DNA of 64,000 nt from Verrucomicrobiota bacterium (GCA_023269675.1 JAHFSX010000020.1:6550-70549); one strand, 5' to 3'. Positions 12,877-22,849 are shown, counted from the stretch's first letter. Notes: generated from the sequence alone by a model not told the origin. Numbers and translations: made by a program.

Positions 12877-14226
12877 TCAGACCACCGGGTACTGCCACGC
12901 GCCGCGGTAGGGGCGGCGCAGCAGCGCGTCGGCGGCGGCGTCGCCCGTGGTCTCTTTGAGGCCGTCCCACGCCACGCTGCGGCCGAGCTTCATCGAGAGG
13001 TTGCCCAGCAGGCTCATGGTGGTGGCGCGGTGCGCGCCCTCGATGTCGCAGAGCGGCCGGGTGCCCGTGCGGATGGCGCTCAGGAAGTCCGCGAAGAGCT
13101 CCCTGATGTTCTGCCCGTCGGGCTGGCCGAGCTGCGCGTCCTCATGCAGCTCGGGGTCCTTGCCGTTGGCGGGATAGAAGGTCCAGCCCTTTTGCCAGCC
13201 GAGGTGGAAAACCCCCTTCTCGCCGAAGAAGTGGACGCCGACGTTCTCGCCCTTCTCTTGCGGGTTGCCCGCGAAGAGCCGGTGCTCCCATGTGACCGTG
13301 GGGCCGTCCGCGAAGGTCCAGGTCGCGACCTGGCTGTCCGGCGCGTCGGTCGTCTGCTCTGCCGCCGTGTAGACCGCGGGGCCGCGGACCGGACGGCCGC
13401 CCGTGGAGTGGCATGACGTGGGGTGCTGGAGGCCGGTGATCCAGAGCACCTGGTCGAACCAGTGGATGCCCCAGTCGCCGATCTGGCCGTTGGCGTAGTC
13501 CATGAAGTTGCGGAAGCCGCGCGGGTGGATGCCGCCGTTCCAGACGTTCGTCAGGTCGCCGCAGAAGGGTCGCAGCGGCGCGGGGCCGCACCAGAACTCC
13601 CAGTCGAGGCCCGGCGGCGGCGCGACGTTGCGCTTGGGCGTCTCGGGGCCGCCGCCGTAGCTGACGAAGCACTTGATCAGACCGAGCTTGCCGAGCTTGC
13701 CGGCGCGGATGAATTCGCGCGCGCTCCGGTTGTGCGGGGACGCGCGGCGGTGGGTGCCGACCTGCACCGTGCGGCCGTATTTCGCGGCGGCGCTGACCAT
13801 GGCGCGGCCTTCGAGGATCGTGTGGCCGATGGGCTTTTCGACGTAGACGTGCGCGCCCTGGCGGCACGCCTCGATCATGATGAGCGCGTGCCAGTGGTCG
13901 GGCGTGGCGATGATCGCGATGTCGGGCTTTTCGGCGGCGAGGCACTCGCGGAAATCCTTGTAGAGCTTCGGCTTGGAGACGCCCCGCTTGTCGAGCGTCT
14001 CGCAGGCTTTCGTGAGCATGCGCTCGTCCACGTCGCACAGCGCCGCGAGCGCGCAGGCGCCGCTGTCGAGCGCGCAGTTGAGGATGTTCATGCCCCACCA
14101 GCCCGAGCCGATCAGCACGACGCGGTGTTTCTTCGCGTCCTGCGCGCGGACGATGAAGGGGGCGGCCTGGGCGGCGAGGATCGCGGCCAGCGAAGTCTGC
14201 GAGAAATGGCGGCGGGTGAGGTCCAT
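12877..14226 (-). CDS. Gfo/Idh/MocA-family oxidoreductase with Tat signal
   Basis: Start at MDLTRRHFSQTSLAAILAAQAAPFIVRA (twin-arginine). VVLIGSGWWG Rossmann motif. The track ORF is over-extended upstream. Confidence 0.85.
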   Translation of the reverse strand: MDLTRRHFSQTSLAAILAAQAAPFIVRAQDAKKHRVVLIGSGWWGMNILNCALDSGACALAALCDVDERMLTKACETLDKRGVSKPKLYKDFRECLAAEKPDIAIIATPDHWHALIMIEACRQGAHVYVEKPIGHTILEGRAMVSAAAKYGRTVQVGTHRRASPHNRSAREFIRAGKLGKLGLIKCFVSYGGGPETPKRNVAPPPGLDWEFWCGPAPLRPFCGDLTNVWNGGIHPRGFRNFMDYANGQIGDWGIHWFDQVLWITGLQHPTSCHSTGGRPVRGPAVYTAAEQTTDAPDSQVATWTFADGPTVTWEHRLFAGNPQEKGENVGVHFFGEKGVFHLGWQKGWTFYPANGKDPELHEDAQLGQPDGQNIRELFADFLSAIRTGTRPLCDIEGAHRATTMSLLGNLSMKLGRSVAWDGLKETTGDAAADALLRRPYRGAWQYPVV

Positions 14227-14273
14227 GGTTACGTCCTTTTGGCAAGAATGTCGATGGGGTCGAGTGGGTCGAT

Positions 14274-17270
14274 TCAATCGAGTCGGGTCGATCGGGCGGT
14301 CGGCTGGTAGATGAAGGAATCCCAGTAGAGCCGGTCGATGGCGTAGCAGTCGACGGGGTCCTTGTCCGGGTCGAAGGTCGCGGGCAGCACGCCGTAGCGC
14401 TTCATCTCGCGGAGGTACTCGGGGCGCGGCCGGAAGCCGGGCCTGTCGAAGCGGCCGATCTCCTCCAGGCGCGCGCGGCCGGCGTCGATCATGGCGAGCA
14501 GCGCGCGGTAGGCGGGGTCCTCTTTCGAGGCGAAGACCACGGCGTGCACGTCGTTGGTGTTCTTGCAGAGCCCGAGCCCGCCCGCGGCCTTGGCGAGCGG
14601 GGCGCGCAGAAAGAGGGAGTTCTCGGGCCGCGTGAGATCGAAGATGACATGGCGGCTGTTCCGCAGGCGCGGGTCCTTCAGGTCGGGCGTCCAGAAGCTG
14701 AGGCCGTTCTCGTCGCTCAGGAAACGGGGGAGCGGCTTGAACTCCTTGGTATGGCAGCCCGCGCAGCGCTCTTTGAAGACCGGCTGCGCGTCGCGAGCGG
14801 CGGGCCACTCCTGGTCGTTCTCGAGGGTCTGGTTGTTCTGGGCGTAGCCGCCGATCATGCCGCAGCCGAGCGCGGCGTAGGTGCCGGGATAGGGCGCGCT
14901 GGCGTCGAGCCAGAGGGCGACCGCGGCGGTCTCCCGGGGCGAGGGCGTGACGCCGTGGTGCGAGCCGTCAAGCTTCTTCATGAGCGGGCTGCCGCCGCTG
15001 CCGAGCGCGTAGGTCGCGTAGTTGCTTTTGGCGAGGTTGCGTCCGTCGGCGACCTGGCCCCACGCCGCGAGCGTGTAGTAGCCCATGGAGAACAGCGGGC
15101 CGTGGTGGCCGCAGAGGTCCACGCCGCCCTTGCGCTCCTCGGGGTTGTGGCAGCGCACGCACAGGCGGTCGAGCACGGGCTGGACGTGGCGCGGGAAGTC
15201 GGGCACGTCGAAGGCGCGGTCGCCGGCGTCGATGGCCGAGGGCGTGCGCCGCGCGGCCGTGACCGCGCCGGCGGAGGTGTAGGGGCGCGGGGCGCTGGCG
15301 CGCTCCTCGTGGCAGCCGGTGCACCCCTGGCGCTCGCCGGGCATGAGCTGCGTGAAGCTCTGCATGCGCTTGATGCAGCGGCCGTGCGCGTCGAGGGCGA
15401 CGAAGAACAGCGGGCGCAGCACCGGCGCGGCGAAATGCGCGGAGCCGTCGGCCTCGACCGGCACGGTGCCGAGCACGCGCGGCAGGGTGAAGGTTCCGAC
15501 GTAGCTGAGGGGGTCCATGCCGCCGGTGAAGTTGATGGGCTTGGGCAACGACTCCAGGATCATCAGTTTCTTGACCGAGCCCTTGGCCACGTCGGCCATC
15601 TGGCGGCCCTCGTAGACGTTCTCGAGGAAGAAGACGCCGTTGGACTGGGCCAGGTCGGTCCGGTCCGCGATGAGCGGCTCGCGTCCGCGCGGCAGGAGCG
15701 GGCGCGGCTCCTGAAGGTCGCACTCCTTGAACTCCGGGGGGAGCGAGTAGAGGACTTTCTCGGTGCCGAGGCCGTCCATCAGCACGAGGTCGCGGTCGCG
15801 CGCGGCGAGGCAGAGGTCGTCCGCCAGGGGCCACGGATCGCGGTAGGTGCCGGTCTTGCTGATGCGGCGCAGGTTCTGCTGCACGTCCGGCCCCTGCTTG
15901 GCTGAAACGCGCGCGACGAAGCCTTTGTGCTCCACGGCGCCGTGTCCGGGCGAGTCGATGAAAAGCACGTCCGTGCTGCCGGGGATGGGTTTGGCGTCGA
16001 TGAAGAGGCCTCCGGGGTGCAGGTTGCCGAAGAAGATGCTGTGCTGCGTACCGTCGGGGTTCATGGTCCAGAGGTGGTGGTAGTTCACCTGGTTGCGGTC
16101 CACGTACTCCCAGCGCGTGTAGATCAGGCGCCCGTCCGGCAAGGGCCAGGGCGTGTTGTCCTGCTCGATGTTGGCGGAGAGCATGCGGATGTTGCGGCCG
16201 TCCGCGTCGCAGCGGTGGACCGTGGCGACCTGCGTCAGCCAGCAGTTGACCCAGCGCTTGGCGCGGCCCGAGACGAACACGATGCCGCCGTCGGCCAGGT
16301 AGCACGGCTCGAGGTCGTCATACGCGCCGCCGGTGAGCTGCCGCAGGCCCGTGCCGCCGACGCCGATCTCATAGAGGTGGAAGTGGGGCTCGCCCGCCTT
16401 GCGGTAGGAGAAGAGGACGGTCTTGGCGTCGTAGCTGACGCACGGGTCGCGCACCGCGCCCTCGGGGTCGTCCACGAGCAGGCGCAGGGCGCCGGTCTGG
16501 AGGTTCCAGGAGCAGAGGCGGCCCTGCGTGCCGTAGGTCTGTCGATCCGGCGAGGTGCAGTAGTAGCCGAAGTTGGCGTACCAGTGGCCGTCGGTCACGT
16601 GGTTGCGCGTGGCGAAGACGATCTCGTTGAAAAGCCCGTACGCGCCCGCGCGCAGCGCCGTCGCGCGCGGCGTGATGTCCGGCGGCTGGTAGGCCTGGGG
16701 GACTCGCGTGCAGAGCAGCACGCAGTCGTAGATGATCCAGCTGCCCTTGTCGAGGGTCAGGACGATCTCGTTCTCGCCCGCCTGGAAGCGGTCGGCCGGG
16801 ATCGTGAAGAGGCTGCGCGCGGGCTGGATGCGCCCGTCGGCCTTGCCGGAAGAGTCGCCCGAGCCGTCGGGCATGGCGCGCTTCTCCGTCGCCTTGCCGT
16901 TGACGGCGACGCTCAGGCTGGGGCTCTCCAGCGCGTTGACTTGGCCGACCGCCAGGAAGAGCGCTTGGGTGGGGGCTTCGGGCAGCGTGAAGCGGACGGT
17001 GAAGGGGTGGGTCGTGCCGCCGGCCCACTTGTCGTGGGTGTTGGGGTGGATGTAGGGCCAGTCGGTCTCGGGCTTGGATTTCCCGACGGTGAAGCAGACC
17101 GGCTGCTTGAAGGTCTCTTTGTACTTCTGCCAGCCCGCGCCTTGGGCCAGCGCGAACTCGGCGGGGCTCTGGTCGTCCTTGCCGATGGCGAAGATCACGT
17201 CCGGCAGCGCGGCGCGGGCGTTTACGCACGCGAGGGCGGCGGCGAGAAGGATGAGCGCGGCTCGTTTCAT
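14274..17270 (-). CDS. Secreted TolB/PD40-like beta-propeller protein with three C-terminal CxxCH motifs
   Basis: Signal peptide MKRAALILLAAALACVNARA. WEYVDRNQVNYHHLWTMNPDGT. CTGCH, CVRCH and CAGCH motifs. Paralog of 35099..38602. Confidence 0.8.
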   Translation of the reverse strand: MKRAALILLAAALACVNARAALPDVIFAIGKDDQSPAEFALAQGAGWQKYKETFKQPVCFTVGKSKPETDWPYIHPNTHDKWAGGTTHPFTVRFTLPEAPTQALFLAVGQVNALESPSLSVAVNGKATEKRAMPDGSGDSSGKADGRIQPARSLFTIPADRFQAGENEIVLTLDKGSWIIYDCVLLCTRVPQAYQPPDITPRATALRAGAYGLFNEIVFATRNHVTDGHWYANFGYYCTSPDRQTYGTQGRLCSWNLQTGALRLLVDDPEGAVRDPCVSYDAKTVLFSYRKAGEPHFHLYEIGVGGTGLRQLTGGAYDDLEPCYLADGGIVFVSGRAKRWVNCWLTQVATVHRCDADGRNIRMLSANIEQDNTPWPLPDGRLIYTRWEYVDRNQVNYHHLWTMNPDGTQHSIFFGNLHPGGLFIDAKPIPGSTDVLFIDSPGHGAVEHKGFVARVSAKQGPDVQQNLRRISKTGTYRDPWPLADDLCLAARDRDLVLMDGLGTEKVLYSLPPEFKECDLQEPRPLLPRGREPLIADRTDLAQSNGVFFLENVYEGRQMADVAKGSVKKLMILESLPKPINFTGGMDPLSYVGTFTLPRVLGTVPVEADGSAHFAAPVLRPLFFVALDAHGRCIKRMQSFTQLMPGERQGCTGCHEERASAPRPYTSAGAVTAARRTPSAIDAGDRAFDVPDFPRHVQPVLDRLCVRCHNPEERKGGVDLCGHHGPLFSMGYYTLAAWGQVADGRNLAKSNYATYALGSGGSPLMKKLDGSHHGVTPSPRETAAVALWLDASAPYPGTYAALGCGMIGGYAQNNQTLENDQEWPAARDAQPVFKERCAGCHTKEFKPLPRFLSDENGLSFWTPDLKDPRLRNSRHVIFDLTRPENSLFLRAPLAKAAGGLGLCKNTNDVHAVVFASKEDPAYRALLAMIDAGRARLEEIGRFDRPGFRPRPEYLREMKRYGVLPATFDPDKDPVDCYAIDRLYWDSFIYQPTARSTRLD

Positions 17271-17319
17271 GTTCGTTTTTCCTCAGCGGCAGGGTCGGTA
17301 TTCAAAGAGGATCGGTTAA

Positions 17320-17395
17320 CCACCAAGACGCCAAGAACGCCAAGTTCACCAAGCGGTTTTTCTTGGTGAACTTAGTGAACTTCGTGCCTCGGTGG
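17320..17395. repeat. Inverted array of CACCAAG-type 8/9-mers
   Basis: CCACCAAG ACGCCAAG AACGCCAAG TTCACCAAG -cggttttt- CTTGGTGAA CTTAGTGAA CTTCGTGC CTCGGTGG. Confidence 0.85.
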
Positions 17396-17436
17396 TAAAT
17401 AATGTCCAACGTTCACTTGGGTAAACCAGTCTGGCA

Positions 17437-18792
17437 TTAAGCAGGCTCAGCCGTCAGCACCAGCACCCAGTCGATCGGGTGGAGCTGGCCGGGGGGTGAA
17501 ATCTTCAGCTCGCCGGTGTTCGCCTGCACGCCTTGGTCGTGGGTCGCGCCGGTGCGCGGATCGAACCAGGCCACGCGCAGCTTGGGCTTGCCGAGCGCCG
17601 AGGTGTCGAAGACCGCTTCGGCGTTGTGAGGGAAGTAGGCCATGATGAAGGTCGCGTTTTTCTGGCCCGGCGTGCGGTCGCTGGTGACGGCGATGTGGCG
17701 CCACTCCTCTTTGGGGCCCTGTTTCAGCAGCGCCTGGTCGGGGATGCGCGTCAGGTAAGGCTTGGATTCCAAGAGCGCGCGCAGGTGGCGCATCTGGCCC
17801 GCGCCGGGCAGGTCGAGCGCTTCGCGCCAGGAGGTGAGCGGATAGTTTTTGGGCTCGCGCCCGGGCTGCCAGAACTGCCAGACCGCGTGGCAGCCGTAGG
17901 TGTGTCCGCAGGCGCCGGAGAAGACCGCCCAGTAGGCGCTGCGCCGCACGTCGTGCTGGCCGAGCCAGCCGCTCTCGGCTTTGAAGCCGTTGGGATGATC
18001 CTCGTAGCCCGGCTCGCCGTCGAGGCAGGGCTTGGCCGGCGCGCGCGCGTAATCGCGGCCGATGAACTCGAAGTTCTTGGCGTTGCGGGCGTGGCCCGTC
18101 TGCGACATGTTGAAGCTCAGCCAGGGCGCGTCGTGGAAATACTGCGAGGACTGCTGCTGGCCGCAGGGGTGGAAGGTGACGAGGTGCCGGCCGCCGTCGC
18201 CCGCGCGCAAACCGTCGGCCATGTTGGCGATGATGGCGCGGTGGGTGTCGTCCTTCACCGGGCGGTCGCCGCCGAGGATCCAGATCACGGGCTTGTCGCG
18301 GTAGCGCCGGCCGAGGAACTCGCCGTAGCCGCGCGCGTTTTCGGGGGTGAAAATGACGGGGCCTTGTCCCCACAGCTGGTTCCACTTGTCGCCCCAGGTG
18401 GGCAGCAGGCCCGCCACGAGGCCGCGCTCACGCATCAGCTCCACCACGCGGTCCACGTGGCGGAAATAGGCCTCGTTGGGTTTGGCCGGGTCGTTGTCGA
18501 CGAGCGGCAGGTCGCCGTTGGCGTTGGGGACGCGCAGGCCGTCGAACTCGGCGAGGATCACGCACTGGATGACCGTGAAGCCCTGCTCCGCGCGCCGCGT
18601 GAGGTAGTGGGCGGCGTCCTTCTCGTCGAGGCGGTGGAAGAGCTCCCACGCGGTGTCGGCGAGGTAGAAGAAGGGCTTGCCCTCGCCGTCGGTCAGGTAG
18701 CGGCCGTTCGCGCTGACCGTGAGGGGCATGGGCGCGCCGGCGGCGCACAGGAGCGACGGGACCAGCAACAGCAGGCAGCACAAGCGACGCAT
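17437..18792 (-). CDS. DUF4038 / GH140-like glycoside hydrolase
   Basis: Start MRRLCCLLLLVPSLLCAAG. GKPFFYLADTAWELFHRL is the DUF4038 signature. Confidence 0.8.
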   Translation of the reverse strand: MRRLCCLLLLVPSLLCAAGAPMPLTVSANGRYLTDGEGKPFFYLADTAWELFHRLDEKDAAHYLTRRAEQGFTVIQCVILAEFDGLRVPNANGDLPLVDNDPAKPNEAYFRHVDRVVELMRERGLVAGLLPTWGDKWNQLWGQGPVIFTPENARGYGEFLGRRYRDKPVIWILGGDRPVKDDTHRAIIANMADGLRAGDGGRHLVTFHPCGQQQSSQYFHDAPWLSFNMSQTGHARNAKNFEFIGRDYARAPAKPCLDGEPGYEDHPNGFKAESGWLGQHDVRRSAYWAVFSGACGHTYGCHAVWQFWQPGREPKNYPLTSWREALDLPGAGQMRHLRALLESKPYLTRIPDQALLKQGPKEEWRHIAVTSDRTPGQKNATFIMAYFPHNAEAVFDTSALGKPKLRVAWFDPRTGATHDQGVQANTGELKISPPGQLHPIDWVLVLTAEPA

Positions 18793-19050
18793 GACGCACC
18801 TTCCTCGCGGGGAGATGGAAGCGGCACGGCGTTCCCCCAAGCCAACCGTGCCCCGCCCGATTCATTATTGACGTAACCTTATCACACCCGCTGAGGTTGT
18901 TACAAGACGGGGGGCCGAAAAAAGGCGGCGAGCGCGAGCGCTCCTGTGACGTCAGCGGTGGCCCGGCCAGAGGCCGGGCCCTACCTGAAATGCGGGGAGC
19001 GGCAAGAGTCTACCTGCCGGGAATGACGCTAAGTTAAGGAGTTTTCTCCT

Positions 19051-19126
19051 CATCTTCATCGTGATCGTAATCTTAAGCTCTCCGAAAAACGGATTAAGAT
19101 TAAGAGCAAGAGTATGATTAAGATGG
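19051..19126. repeat. Inverted array of GATTAAGA-type octamers
   Basis: CATCTTCATCGTGATCGTAATCTTAAGCTC-tccgaaaaac-GGATTAAGATTAAGAGCAAGAGTATGATTAAGATGG. Confidence 0.8.
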
Positions 19127-19159
19127 GAATCGAAACCGCCGCGCATCACGCCGGCCGGC

Positions 19160-19678
19160 TCACCACCGGCCCATATGGACCGAGGCCTCCTGGTAACGGG
19201 TGCGGGGCGCGGGGTGCTCGGCGGGCCGTCCGATGGAGATCGCGGCGAGCGGCAGGATCTCCGGCGGCACACCGAAGCATGCGCGGATCCGGGTGATCCG
19301 GTCCTCGTTCGGATGGACGCCCAGCCACACGCCGCCCAGTCCCAGGAGGTGCGCGGCCAGCAGCAGGTTCTCCACGGCGGCGCTGCAGTCCTGCAGCAGG
19401 TAGGAGAGCTCCTGCCGGTGGGCGTGCGCGAGGTCGCCGCAGACGACGATGCCGACGGCGGCGTCGTTCAGCATCTTGCCGTACGGCAGGATGTCGGCCA
19501 GGGCCGCCAGCGACGCGCGGTCGCGCAGCACCAGGAAGCGCCACGGGTCGGTGGCCATGGCGGAGGGGGCCGACATGGCGGCCTCCAGCAGCGCGCGCAC
19601 CTCGTCGTCGGTGACGGGTTCGCCGGTGTATTTGCGGATGCTCCGGCGGCTCAGGATCGGCTGGATCTTGCTGTTCAT
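19160..19678 (-). CDS. Nitroreductase-family protein
   Basis: ILSRRSIRKYTGEPVTDDEVRALLEAAMSAPSA...LLAAHLLGLGGVWLG. Confidence 0.85.
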   Translation of the reverse strand: MNSKIQPILSRRSIRKYTGEPVTDDEVRALLEAAMSAPSAMATDPWRFLVLRDRASLAALADILPYGKMLNDAAVGIVVCGDLAHAHRQELSYLLQDCSAAVENLLLAAHLLGLGGVWLGVHPNEDRITRIRACFGVPPEILPLAAISIGRPAEHPAPRTRYQEASVHMGRW

Positions 19679-20034
19679 GGTGGATTCCTTTGAAGGGGTC
19701 AGTTGTGGGCAGCTTGGTTGCGCTGAAAAAGTCGCTCATGCGCGGTCGGGACGGAGCCCGACCCTCCAGAATACGGAAAAAACCTCCTGATTTACGCGTG
19801 GAGGGACGACCTCCGTGTCGTCCGCCGACTTTTCCAGCGCAACAGGCCGCTCGTTCTTTCAAGTGTTCATGACTGCATTTCCTCGGGGCATCCGTTACGA
19901 CGGCTTGAAAGTCGTCATGGAAGGCAACGCCCCGGCCGGCGCCGGGCTCCGTGTTCTGGCCGGCCGTGGTGGCGGCCGCGGGACCCGGGGGGAGGCGTGT
20001 GAATCGGACAACATCCGTGCGTGCCGGGCTTCAC

Positions 20035-20457
20035 CTATTTCATGAAATATCCAGAGACCCGCCACTGGCCGTCTTTGTCCAGCATGGGCGTGACGGTCTC
20101 AACGGCCGATTTCTTATTCCCGAAGGAGACCGTGAATTGGATGACGACATATTCCCCGTCGGGCGCGCCGGGCAACGTTGTCCGGTAACTCTTGGACTTA
20201 AGCTCCCGCGACAGGTTTTTCCCGAACGGTTTTCGACCCGATTGCATGGTCTGAACCCATTTCTCCTTCGGGACCGCGCCCCTGAAGTACTGCGCCGCCT
20301 GTTCCCAGCTTTCCGCATAGTGCTCGCCGTCAACCAGGGACAGCCAAGTCTGGGCGGCAGCCACGGCGGCCGTCTCCGCTTGCGGGTTGCTCGCAGAGTC
20401 GCAGCCGGAAAGACAGGCAGCCGCGGCGAATGACAGGTAGGCCAGCATTCTTTTCAT
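20035..20457 (-). CDS. DUF4019-like lipoprotein
   Basis: Lipobox LSGC. YAESWEQAAQYFR...LPGAPDGEYVVIQF...DGQWRVSGY. Confidence 0.75.
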   Translation of the reverse strand: MKRMLAYLSFAAAACLSGCDSASNPQAETAAVAAAQTWLSLVDGEHYAESWEQAAQYFRGAVPKEKWVQTMQSGRKPFGKNLSRELKSKSYRTTLPGAPDGEYVVIQFTVSFGNKKSAVETVTPMLDKDGQWRVSGYFMK

Positions 20458-20502
20458 TCTCTTATCCTTTCGTCATGACCCAGTGGTGCGGATCAGGCGC
20501 GG

Positions 20503-21684
20503 CTAAAGGCCGTCGCCTGCGTTCATCGCGCCCGGCCGTTGCGCCTGCGGCTTGGCAGGGCCGGCCTCCGCGGCGGAAAGGCCCCCGTGCGTCAGCGTGT
20601 CCCATGCGGCGAAGTGGGGGTCGATGCCTCCCGGGCGCCAGGCGGGGACGAGTGCGGCGAACGTCGGCATGGCTTCCCCCATCCCCCCGCGGCCGATGAA
20701 GTGATTGAAGGCCATGTCGTAGCCCTGCCGTTGCTTGTGGCTGCCCCGGTAGTCCCCTTTTTTCAGCCCCTCCGGATTCGGCAGCCGGCCGGTGAAGAGC
20801 TTCGCGAAATGCTCAAGGCAGACGGCCAGACGCGGCTGCAGCTGCCCGTCCAGCTTCAGGCTGTAGAGATCATCTCCCTGGTTCCAGGCGATTTCACAGG
20901 CTTGGATCCAAGTGAGAAGCGTGTACTGGGGGTGCCACGGATCGCGGAGGTAGTCCGGCCCCAAGGCCCCGCTCGGCTTGCTGATGTCGCGCAGATGTTG
21001 CGCGTACAGCGCGAGCGCTTCGGCATACGCGGCTTCATCCTCTTGATACACGGCGGCCGCCAGGATGGCAAGGGTCGCCGAGGTGCCCCAGTTGTTGTTG
21101 TTTCGGCGTGCGCCGCGCGCGGTTTGAACCATGCGGTTGAGGAACCGATCGAATGCGGCGACCCGGTCCGGCTTCCAGCCGGATTTCCCGCCGTCGTGAT
21201 AGCGGATGATGTCTGCCGCGGCGATCCAGATGGGTACGGCCCAGGCGGCCTCCAGCTGCGCCTGATTGGCGCCCCCTTTCGAGACCTCGATCTTCGCGTA
21301 CGTTGCGGCCCAGTCGTCCAAAATGCGCATGGCTTTATCGCGGTAGCCCGGATCCTCCGTGATCACCCACATCAGTGCGGCCGCGTGGGCCGCCTGGGCA
21401 TCTCCCCGAAAGGCCAACTCGTAAGCGGTCCCGCCGCTGGCGGCAACGTACACCGTGGCATAGGGCGTGTGGGGGCGCGTCAAATCGGCATACGGGCTTT
21501 GCTTGAGTTCCTCATAGCCCAGCCCGCAAGGGGCGCTCGAGGAAACGCGCCGCTTGAGCTCGTCGAGCCCGCGCTGGGTGCTCATGACGCTCGGATGTGC
21601 GAACACGCGTTTTTCGGCGGCAAAGCAGCAGCGCGAACTCAGGGCCAGCACCAGCAGGCAAGATGTCAGTGACCGCATCAGCAT
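20503..21684 (-). CDS. Alginate-lyase-like (alpha/alpha toroid) polysaccharide lyase family protein
   Basis: Signal peptide. RRNNNNWGTSATLAILAAA resembles the NNHSYW motif region. Function is tentative. Confidence 0.7.
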   Translation of the reverse strand: MLMRSLTSCLLVLALSSRCCFAAEKRVFAHPSVMSTQRGLDELKRRVSSSAPCGLGYEELKQSPYADLTRPHTPYATVYVAASGGTAYELAFRGDAQAAHAAALMWVITEDPGYRDKAMRILDDWAATYAKIEVSKGGANQAQLEAAWAVPIWIAAADIIRYHDGGKSGWKPDRVAAFDRFLNRMVQTARGARRNNNNWGTSATLAILAAAVYQEDEAAYAEALALYAQHLRDISKPSGALGPDYLRDPWHPQYTLLTWIQACEIAWNQGDDLYSLKLDGQLQPRLAVCLEHFAKLFTGRLPNPEGLKKGDYRGSHKQRQGYDMAFNHFIGRGGMGEAMPTFAALVPAWRPGGIDPHFAAWDTLTHGGLSAAEAGPAKPQAQRPGAMNAGDGL

Positions 21685-21778
21685 CGCGTCTCTCCCCTCG
21701 TGGTCGTGTGTTCAGCGGCGTGTGGCGGACGCCGGTTCCGTCGTTGGCTGCCGGCGAGCGGTGACGCGCCGCGGCACG

Positions 21779-22849
21779 TTACTCGCTTTCGGGCACGCTC
21801 TTGGCGGACTTGACGTATTTCCCGAAGTCACGGTCCTTCCTCCGCTTTTCGACATAGGACAGCTGATTGAACGCCGATTCCGCCCTGAGCTTGATGTAGT
21901 GATCGTGGTGCTCTTGACTCATGTCGCCGGCCGTCACCGCCGCGCGTACCGCGCAGCCGGGCTCGCTGGTATGGCTGCAATCCCGGTAGCGGCAGCCGGA
22001 GGCGAGACCGATGATGTCGGAAAAGCTGTCGCCTATCCCGCTTTCGGCCCCCAAGACTCCCAGCTCGCGCATGCCCGGGTTGTCGATGACCAGGGCGCCC
22101 CCCTCGAGGACGATCAATTCCCGGCGGACGGTCGTGTGCATGCCCTCGCCCGTTTCGCTGACGTCCTGGGTCTCGAGCCTTTCGTGGCCGAGCAGCTGGT
22201 TGATGACGGTGCTCTTGCCAACCCCCGATGAGCCGACAAAGCAATACGTCTTGGCGGGCAGCAGCGTCCGTTTAAGGCCTTCAATGCCTTCCCGCGTGAC
22301 GTTGCTCAAGGCCAGCACCGGCACCGTCACGCCTGCGGCGCGGATCTCCGCCAGCTGGGCGGCCAGGACTTCCGGCGCAACCAAATCCGTCTTGGTGAGA
22401 AGGATGCACGGCTCGGCCCCGCCGTCGCGGACCATGACGAGATAGCGCTCCAGCCGCTTCAGGTTGAAGTCCTGGTGGCAGGATTGAACAATCAGTACGC
22501 AGTCGACGTTCGCCGCGATCATCTGATAGCCGACGGATTCTCCCGCCGACTTCCGGCGCAGCGCCGTCCTTCGCTCCAGCAGCTTGTGGGCCCGCCCGAT
22601 CTCGCCAGCCGGGTGTTTCCCGATACAGACCCAGTCCCCCACACACGGGAGCTCCTGCGACAGGCGGTTCAGGTGCCGATAACGGCCGGACAGCTTGGCC
22701 CTGAAGGTTCCGCTTGGATCCATGACCAGCAGCGAGCCGCGATCGACCGCGGCAACCCGGGCAAGGGTGTCCTCGGGTCCGCATTCCGCCCGCTCTTCAA
22801 GCCACGCGTTCCAGCCCAGTCGCGTCAGATCATCATGTCGGTTACTCAT
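21779..22849 (-). CDS. rsgA: Ribosome small-subunit-dependent GTPase A
   Basis: LTKTDL, GSSGVGKSTVINQLLG, HTTVRRELIVL, and the CRYRDCSHTSEPGCAV zinc motif. Confidence 0.92.
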   Translation of the reverse strand: MSNRHDDLTRLGWNAWLEERAECGPEDTLARVAAVDRGSLLVMDPSGTFRAKLSGRYRHLNRLSQELPCVGDWVCIGKHPAGEIGRAHKLLERRTALRRKSAGESVGYQMIAANVDCVLIVQSCHQDFNLKRLERYLVMVRDGGAEPCILLTKTDLVAPEVLAAQLAEIRAAGVTVPVLALSNVTREGIEGLKRTLLPAKTYCFVGSSGVGKSTVINQLLGHERLETQDVSETGEGMHTTVRRELIVLEGGALVIDNPGMRELGVLGAESGIGDSFSDIIGLASGCRYRDCSHTSEPGCAVRAAVTAGDMSQEHHDHYIKLRAESAFNQLSYVEKRRKDRDFGKYVKSAKSVPESE

